Below are positions 60,327-64,000 of a stretch of DNA of 64,000 nt, piece by piece (position 1 is the first letter of the stretch; the number at the start of each line of letters is the position of its first letter). The stretch comes from Thermoproteota archaeon (GTDB lineage: Archaea > Thermoproteota > Methanomethylicia > Methanomethylicales > Methanomethylicaceae). Both the position numbers and the translations under genes were made by a program. The notes beneath the pieces are model-generated. The model searched no databases. It was not told where the DNA came from and saw nothing but the letters and a program-made list of their open reading frames with translations. Location: the NCBI GenBank assembly GCA_020832905.1, contig JAJHRG010000001.1, positions 474,903 to 538,902 on the forward strand, read 5' to 3'.

Positions 60327-61544
60327 TTGTTTAAAAAAATAGTAATGGATAAGCCTATAGTTGAAATTGATGGAGATGAAATGGCTAGAGTAATGTGGCA
60401 TTTAGTTAAAGAGTACTTAATATTACCTTATGTTGATTTAAAAGTTGAATATTATGATCTACATATTAAGAAAAGAGATGAAACAAATGATATGATAACA
60501 ATAAAAGCAGCTGAAGCTATTAAAAAGTGGAAAATTGGTGTAAAATGTGCTACTATAACACCTAATGCTGAAAGAGTTAAGGAATATAATTTAAAGAAAG
60601 AATGGAAAAGTCCAAATGCTACTATAAGAAATATACTAGATGGAACAATTTTTAGAGCTCCAATAATTTTCAGTAATATAATTCCAGCTGTAAGATTTTG
60701 GAAGAAACCAATTGTTATTGCAAGACATGCTTTTGGAGATATTTATGATGGAATTGGAATGAAATTTAATAATCCAATAAGTATAGAAATTACTATAAAA
60801 CAAAATGGAGATGAAATAAAGGAATATCTTCCAAAAGTAAAAGGAAGTGGAGTACTTCAAGTAATATACAATTTAGATAGTTCTATAGAGAGTTTTGCAA
60901 GAGCGTCATTTAGATATGCTTTAGAAAATAATTTAGATTTATGGTTTGCAACAAAAGATACAATATCAAAAGTTTATGATGCAAGATTTAAAGAAATCTT
61001 TAATAGAATATATGAAGAAGAATTCAAGGAAAAATTTGAAAGTAAGGGATTAAAGTATAATTACTTTTTAATTGATGATGCAATAGCAAGAGTTGTAAGA
61101 TCTGAAGGAGGATTTGTTTGGGCTTGTAAGAATTTTGATGGTGATGTATTTTCAGACTTTATTGCTTCTGCATATGTAGGAAGTCTAGCCTTAATGACTT
61201 CAGTATTATATTCTCCTAATGGTGATTTTCTTTCAGAAGCAGCTCATGGTACTGTACAAAAACATTACTATAGGTTTCTAAAAGGCGAAAAAACATCAAC
61301 AAATCCTACAGCTATTATATTTGCTTGGACTAGTGCATTAAGAAGAAGAGGAGAAATTGATGGTATTATTGAGCTTATTGATTTTGCTAATAAACTTGAA
61401 AAAGCTGTTAAAATGACTATTGAAGTAGATAGAATAATGACAAAAGATGTAGCTAATGTAGCAGAACCACCTATAAATAAAATTGTTACTACAGAAGAAT
61501 TTATAATAGCAGTAAAAAACAATTTAGAAAAATTACTAGGATAA
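60327..61544 (+). CDS. icd: NADP-dependent isocitrate dehydrogenase, eukaryote-like homodimeric type (subfamily II)
   Basis: 405 aa, TTG start. '[15 protein letters not shown]', '[10 protein letters not shown]', '[18 protein letters not shown]', '[14 protein letters not shown]', 'EAAHGTV' and '[11 protein letters not shown]' run parallel to human IDH1 blocks. Confidence 0.9.
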   Translation: MFKKIVMDKPIVEIDGDEMARVMWHLVKEYLILPYVDLKVEYYDLHIKKRDETNDMITIKAAEAIKKWKIGVKCATITPNAERVKEYNLKKEWKSPNATIRNILDGTIFRAPIIFSNIIPAVRFWKKPIVIARHAFGDIYDGIGMKFNNPISIEITIKQNGDEIKEYLPKVKGSGVLQVIYNLDSSIESFARASFRYALENNLDLWFATKDTISKVYDARFKEIFNRIYEEEFKEKFESKGLKYNYFLIDDAIARVVRSEGGFVWACKNFDGDVFSDFIASAYVGSLALMTSVLYSPNGDFLSEAAHGTVQKHYYRFLKGEKTSTNPTAIIFAWTSALRRRGEIDGIIELIDFANKLEKAVKMTIEVDRIMTKDVANVAEPPINKIVTTEEFIIAVKNNLEKLLG

Positions 61545-61619
61545 ATAATCTTTTTAATAAATTTTTTAGTAAAATTTTTGAGTATGCTTTCTAAAGTCTA
61601 AATTGATCGAGGTCTGAGT

Positions 61620-62078
61620 TTGACAAGAATTCGTTCTTTAAGAAAAGGATCATTTACAAAACTTGAAGTAGAGAAGGCTATATTTGAAGCATGTGAAAGA
61701 ATTTCTAGTCTTTTATATTCAAATATATTTAAAAATAATGAAGGTATAATTGATCTTTGGGATATAGAATTAAAAATAAATTCTATTATTTTAGATACAA
61801 TAGAAAAAATTTCTTTTGTTGATCCAGCATTAGCTGAAGTACTATCACTAGAAACTAAAAGAAGATATGGATTTACAAAAGAAATAATTTCTTCTATTAT
61901 GGAATGTCTTAAAGATGCATTTGGCTCATCTATCATCATAAGAGATACTAGTCCTAGAATGATTTATTTAAAGCATTACTTAATAGGTAATAAAGAGTTT
62001 ATCCAAAAAGAATTTAAATTTATCATATATGATATAATAATAGGATTAATAAAAAATCTAATAGATAGGGACTACTAA
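61620..62078 (+). CDS. Hypothetical protein
   Basis: 152 aa, TTG start, ordinary charged/helical composition. It is preferred over antisense 61598-61939, which is Ser/Ile-rich. It is followed on the same strand by the radical SAM gene. Confidence 0.4.
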   Translation: MTRIRSLRKGSFTKLEVEKAIFEACERISSLLYSNIFKNNEGIIDLWDIELKINSIILDTIEKISFVDPALAEVLSLETKRRYGFTKEIISSIMECLKDAFGSSIIIRDTSPRMIYLKHYLIGNKEFIQKEFKFIIYDIIIGLIKNLIDRDY

Positions 62079-62114
62079 ACTACTAAAATTCATAATTCTA
62101 GTTGGTGATTATCT

Positions 62115-63092
62115 ATGAATAATTGTGAGCTTGTAGTTTGGCTCATCACTGGAAAGTGTAATTTAAAGTGTTTACATTGCTATGCTTCAAGATTTAATGG
62201 AGATAATGAAATTTCAACAGATTTAGCATTAAGAATAATTAAGGAATTAACTGAAATTAATACACAACATATTTCCTTTACTGGTGGAGAACCTACAATA
62301 AGAAAGGATCTACCTTTATTAATATCAGAAGCAAGAAATTTTGGATATGAATTAAGTATTGTTACAAATACTTTTCTTTTAAATTATGATTTAATGAAAT
62401 TCTTAGTAAAAAATGATGTAGAAATTCAAGTTAGTATAGATGGAGTTAAAAAAGAAACTTTCTACAAAATAAGAGGAATGAACTTAGAGATTTTACTAGA
62501 AAAATTAAGACAATTAAAATCACTTGGAGCAAAAATTAGACCTATTATGACATTAAATAAAATCAATTATGATGAAGTTGCAGATTATGTAGAATTAGCT
62601 GCTAATTATGGTGCAATTGAAGCAGCTATTATTCCAGTAATACCTATAGGAAGAGCAAATAGTGAATTGTTACCTTCATATGAAATTACTAGAGAAGCAA
62701 TAATATCAGCAAGTCAAAAAGCTGATGAAATTGGATTTAATATAGAAATATGGTGTGCACCTTTTGCTTTGCAATTTATTAATTCAAAAAGAACTAAAGT
62801 TTGTTCTTGCTTAATAGGTAGAGGTTTAGATATTGCACCAAATGGTAATATAATGTTATGTGATAGTATTGAAACAAAAATTACTAATATAAAAAATAAT
62901 AATATAAAGGAAATTTGGTTAACATATCTTAATTATGAACTTGTAAGAAAATTAACATCAGTTGAATCATTAAATGAAAAATGTAAGAAATGTAAATATG
63001 TAAATAAATGTCTTGGAGGATGTCATGCAAGAGCATATGCAATATTTAAAAATTTATTAATGCCAGATCCTCTTTGTCCTCTTATTCATTAA
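62115..63092 (+). CDS. Radical SAM protein with C-terminal SPASM/twitch-type Cys cluster (AhbD/NirJ/PqqE-like)
   Basis: 325 aa with 'GKCNLKCLHCY' (CxxxCxxC), 'FTGGEP', and the C-terminal 'CKKCKYVNKCLGGCHARA...DPLCP'. A GGTGAT Shine-Dalgarno precedes the start. Confidence 0.8.
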   Translation: MNNCELVVWLITGKCNLKCLHCYASRFNGDNEISTDLALRIIKELTEINTQHISFTGGEPTIRKDLPLLISEARNFGYELSIVTNTFLLNYDLMKFLVKNDVEIQVSIDGVKKETFYKIRGMNLEILLEKLRQLKSLGAKIRPIMTLNKINYDEVADYVELAANYGAIEAAIIPVIPIGRANSELLPSYEITREAIISASQKADEIGFNIEIWCAPFALQFINSKRTKVCSCLIGRGLDIAPNGNIMLCDSIETKITNIKNNNIKEIWLTYLNYELVRKLTSVESLNEKCKKCKYVNKCLGGCHARAYAIFKNLLMPDPLCPLIH

Positions 63093-63129
63093 TTAAGTTT
63101 AAGATTTTATAATGATTTTTCCTCAATAT

Positions 63130-64000
63130 TTATAAAGTTTCTTTTGTAGAAATCCATAAATAACCTTTTTTAATTACATATCCTTCCTCTTCTAGATATA
63201 ATAAATAGGAAATTACTTGTCTTATTGGAATAAGAGCTCTTATTGGGTTTTCATAAATTTTTTCACCATATATTTTTCTTACAATATCTTTAAGTTTCAT
63301 TCCATTTTTTGTAATTTTTAGTATTTCTTCAAGTCTATCAATAAAGTGATTTTCAAGTTTCTCTATATCACTTCTAGTAAGTGGTGTTTTTCTATGTGAA
63401 GGATAGATATAATTAAAGAATTTTAATTTCTGTAGAGAATTTATTTCTTTTCTAAAATTCTCAATAGCAGTACTTCCTTCAATTGCTACATCTCCACTAA
63501 ATATCTTATCATCTATGGAATATCCTACACTTCCTTGAGTATGACCTGGTAAATGTATTGATGTTAAAACTTTTTCTCCAATAACTAATCTTAAATTTTC
63601 ATATGCTTTAAAACTTCTTGGTAATTTTATCATTTCTATGGTGCTTATTAGCTTATTTTTTATTTCACTTATTTCTTCTTTGCTATATCCTCCCTCAATT
63701 ATCAATTCATAATTTTCATCAAACCATTTTATTGCATTTCTATAATCTTCTAGTTTATCTTTATCTAGCTTATGTATAAGTATTTCAGCTCCAAATTCAT
63801 TTTGTAAATAATCTGCTAATCCAAAATGATCTAAATGACCATGTGTTAGTAATATATAGTCAATTACTGAAATATCTAATTCTTTTAGCTTATTTTTTAT
63901 GAATATTCTATTTTCTTTACTATCTAATCCTGTATCTATTAATATTATTTTTTCATTTTTTATTAAGTAAATGTGAGTAGCTTCTCCTTTTCCTAAATGT
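63130..64000 (-). CDS. Metallo-beta-lactamase-fold hydrolase (5' end beyond right edge of window)
   Basis: The track ORF 63130-63705 stays open upstream. My translation of the minus strand 64000-63706 reads ...LIDTGLDSKENRIFIKNKLKELDISVIDYILLTHGHLDHFGLADYL..., containing the HxHxDH motif. A downstream 'LPGHTQGS' is also present. Confidence 0.75.
   Translation of the reverse strand, partial: HLGKGEATHIYLIKNEKIILIDTGLDSKENRIFIKNKLKELDISVIDYILLTHGHLDHFGLADYLQNEFGAEILIHKLDKDKLEDYRNAIKWFDENYELIIEGGYSKEEISEIKNKLISTIEMIKLPRSFKAYENLRLVIGEKVLTSIHLPGHTQGSVGYSIDDKIFSGDVAIEGSTAIENFRKEINSLQKLKFFNYIYPSHRKTPLTRSDIEKLENHFIDRLEEILKITKNGMKLKDIVRKIYGEKIYENPIRALIPIRQVISYLLYLEEEGYVIKKGYLWISTKETL

Noticed and set aside
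1-64000. Search by eye for tRNA/rRNA genes, CRISPR arrays, transposases, integrases, toxin-antitoxin pairs and recognisable defence systems.
   Set aside because: There are no GC-rich 70-90 nt islands with tRNA-like stems, no rRNA-like stretches, no regular repeat-spacer arrays, and no ORFs with DDE, tyrosine or serine recombinase motifs. The only PIN-domain protein is the large housekeeping-type PIN/ATPase/KH protein. A covariance-model scan (tRNAscan-SE, Infernal) would be needed to be certain about small RNAs such as C/D box sRNAs.

Overview
A visibly AT-rich, very gene-dense archaeal chromosomal segment. I recognise about 68 protein-coding genes. By eye there is no rRNA, tRNA, CRISPR array, transposase or integrase. 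Archaeal identity rests on tRNA-splicing endonuclease EndA, ribosomal protein eL13, Elp3, deoxyhypusine synthase, a GPN-loop GTPase, a PIN/KH P-loop ATPase, and a LysX/LysY/LysZ/LysJ/LysK carrier-protein-type Lys/Arg cluster with an Lrp regulator. The eL13 gene and the LysX-type cluster suggest a TACK/Thermoproteota-like lineage, but that is inference only. Internal operon genes use strong GAGGTGAT/GGAGG Shine-Dalgarno sites, and several ORF-track starts are probably too far upstream. Other content includes a tungsten-type aldehyde:ferredoxin oxidoreductase with a MoaD-like GG protein, a corrinoid protein with two URO-D-family methyltransferases, CstA, SAH hydrolase, an M42 peptidase, a biotin-domain-less carboxyltransferase, stomatin/NfeD/PAC2/sHSP, ThrB/ThrC, an NADP-IDH of the eukaryote-like type, a NifB-family radical SAM protein and a radical SAM/SPASM protein. 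The best candidate for an undescribed system is a duplicated three-gene module at 2201-6416 and 22954-26728. It combines a divergent FAD-linked oxidase, a CCG-domain Fe-S protein and a divergent arginase-fold metallohydrolase. The second candidate is the 40.1-45.4 kb locus: a wHTH regulator, two 'small membrane peptide + Na/solute symporter' pairs flanking a phenylacetate-CoA-ligase-like gene, a repeat- and hairpin-rich relatively GC-rich leader (42229-42365), and a start-codon anomaly in the ligase gene. Also notable are an Elp3-Trm9-like operon, an orphan NifB, and pervasive 3' overlaps of convergent genes. All family assignments come from motif recognition by eye and recalled knowledge; no database search was run.
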